DNA of 64,000 nucleotides. Source: Klebsiella phage vB_KpM_FBKp24. The notes under the pieces are model-generated. The model saw nothing but the letters and a program-made list of their open reading frames with translations, did not search any database and had not been told where the DNA came from. The position numbers were made by a program, and so were the translations under genes. Shown in pieces: positions 62,872-64,000 of the stretch; within the stretch, counting starts at the first letter, position 1, and each line of letters begins with the position of its first letter. The stretch lies in the sequence record MW394391.1; one strand, given 5' to 3'.

Positions 62872-64000
62872 ATGTATCAGCTTATACAGGCACAGACGCG
62901 TACAAAAGGAAGTTTTAATGATTGGGTAAGAACCGACATTGGCGAACAACGGCTTTTATCTATTTTTACTCTGTACAGCAATGTTCTCGTTTACCTTTAC
63001 GACGTGACCAATGAGAAGAATGGGTGGTTAGATCTTTATTCTCTTCCGGTGTCCGTACGCGACTCCGTAGCCACACTCAACCAGTATCTTTCTCTGGCCA
63101 GTGGTCTGACCCTCGTTGAGGATGACCCGCGCGGTGAACGCGGTGAACGCTACGTACGTTTCCTCAACGCGATGGCCTATAAGTTCACCTTCCGAGGGAC
63201 CAATGCCAACTTCAGTACCGATGAAACATTACTTCCCGACCAACGCGTAGACCTTCTCTTACAACGAGATGGAATCACCGATTACACCACAATCGTCAAT
63301 AAGACATTATGGACAGTGAACGGGTTATGTTTTCGGGCATGGCCTATCGATGGCCTCGGTATCACTCTGAACCACGCTGGGAAGTTTGCGTCTAAATTTA
63401 ATGATCTTCGCGTCGGGATTTTGGATTTCAGTACAATCGGCGCAGTGAGCACTTACCCTATTACGGAAAGTATGATTCAGGGCGGGGGGACACAACTCCC
63501 GTTATCGCGAGGGTTCTTTTTGCGGTCCCCCGAAGCACTGACCGGAAAGTCAGTAGGATTAGTCATTGCGGGTAAGTTGTATTTATTGGACAAAGAGGTA
63601 TCTATCACTGGAGAAACTCGCATCCAGGTCCATATGCAAAACATCAACCTGATTAATCATTTCTTTGAAACGCACAATTATCTGGACTATTCGGATATTC
63701 CATTATCCGAAGACATTAATGAACCAGAACAGGTCGTCGCCAATCAGTTTTTAACGGACGCGGTTATCAAGGCGTTTCTGACCTCCGTTTACTCGTACCT
63801 GATTATTATTGACAGCGCGAATCTCGAAAAAGAACACCTGTCGTTAAAACGGACAAAAATTGACGGGACGTACCTTTCTCCGGGTTCAGTACTCCCTGAC
63901 CTCCCTGTACAAATAGGGAACGGTTATTTAGCTGAATACACGCTTTGGGAGCAGGACGGCTTCTATGCGCTACGATTACCCCATTCCACCATCAACAACT
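62872..64000 (+). CDS. Hypothetical protein, partial (more than 376 aa, running off the window end). Possibly baseplate- or tail-associated.
   Basis: Hand translation from the ATG at 62872 (MYQLIQAQTRTKGSFNDWVRTDIGEQRLL...) stays open to nt 64000. It is divergent from the tail-fibre genes. The track omits it because no stop lies in the window. Confidence 0.5.
   Translation, partial: MYQLIQAQTRTKGSFNDWVRTDIGEQRLLSIFTLYSNVLVYLYDVTNEKNGWLDLYSLPVSVRDSVATLNQYLSLASGLTLVEDDPRGERGERYVRFLNAMAYKFTFRGTNANFSTDETLLPDQRVDLLLQRDGITDYTTIVNKTLWTVNGLCFRAWPIDGLGITLNHAGKFASKFNDLRVGILDFSTIGAVSTYPITESMIQGGGTQLPLSRGFFLRSPEALTGKSVGLVIAGKLYLLDKEVSITGETRIQVHMQNINLINHFFETHNYLDYSDIPLSEDINEPEQVVANQFLTDAVIKAFLTSVYSYLIIIDSANLEKEHLSLKRTKIDGTYLSPGSVLPDLPVQIGNGYLAEYTLWEQDGFYALRLPHSTINN

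Noticed and set aside
1-64000. Looked for CRISPR arrays, integrase/attachment sites and IS elements.
   Set aside because: There are no regularly spaced direct repeats, no recombinase or transposase-like ORFs, and no terminal inverted repeats. The reiterated hairpins are unique-spacer-free terminator-type structures, not CRISPR repeats.

Overview
This window reads as a contiguous piece of a large virulent (jumbo) phage genome of the phiKZ-like type; this is an inference from gene content. Genes are tightly packed, almost every spacer between them carries a GC hairpin, and no rRNA, tRNA, CRISPR or integrase signal is visible.

Three gene blocks support the phiKZ-like call:
- A minus-strand operon (21080-31227) ends in a split multisubunit RNA polymerase. 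The 543-aa beta-prime-like fragment carries an ADFDGD catalytic motif. The 1492-aa beta-like protein has Rif-region-like and GDGDK...GNQKK motifs and stops before the last beta region.
- Read divergently from that operon is a 2201-aa virion protein with Pro-rich, Gly-rich/hydrophobic and C-terminal lytic-transglycosylase (SLT) segments. This is the architecture known for phiKZ gp181.
- The right end carries a tail fibre, spike and baseplate block: an SbcC/Rad50-like ATPase, a spike-like protein with an HPH tip motif, and two tail-fibre proteins with reiterated NPHxVTKAQVGLGNVPNY motifs.

The most striking region is the left 15.5 kb. It holds six tailspike/depolymerase-like paralogs, two on the minus strand and four on the plus strand. 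All share an N-terminal ~90-aa adaptor (KISEL...L.F.NAF...FFVYTD) fused to different beta-helix bodies, and a seventh beta-helix protein lacks the adaptor. Each of these genes is preceded by the same cassette: a GAGAGGGG-loop-CCCCTCTC hairpin directly abutting TTTGTTTCGTATGAC. The TATG core matches what I recall of phiKZ late promoters.

The rest of the window is small hypothetical genes, some with recognisable folds (DUF2493/SLOG-like, DUF4326-like, RNase H fusion, tandem-domain proteins). One visibly GC-richer two-gene island sits at 17.2-18.3 kb. Several ORF-track starts are TTG/GTG extensions or overlap hairpins and are corrected below. Coordinates of hairpins and motifs were counted by hand and may be off by 1-2 nt.
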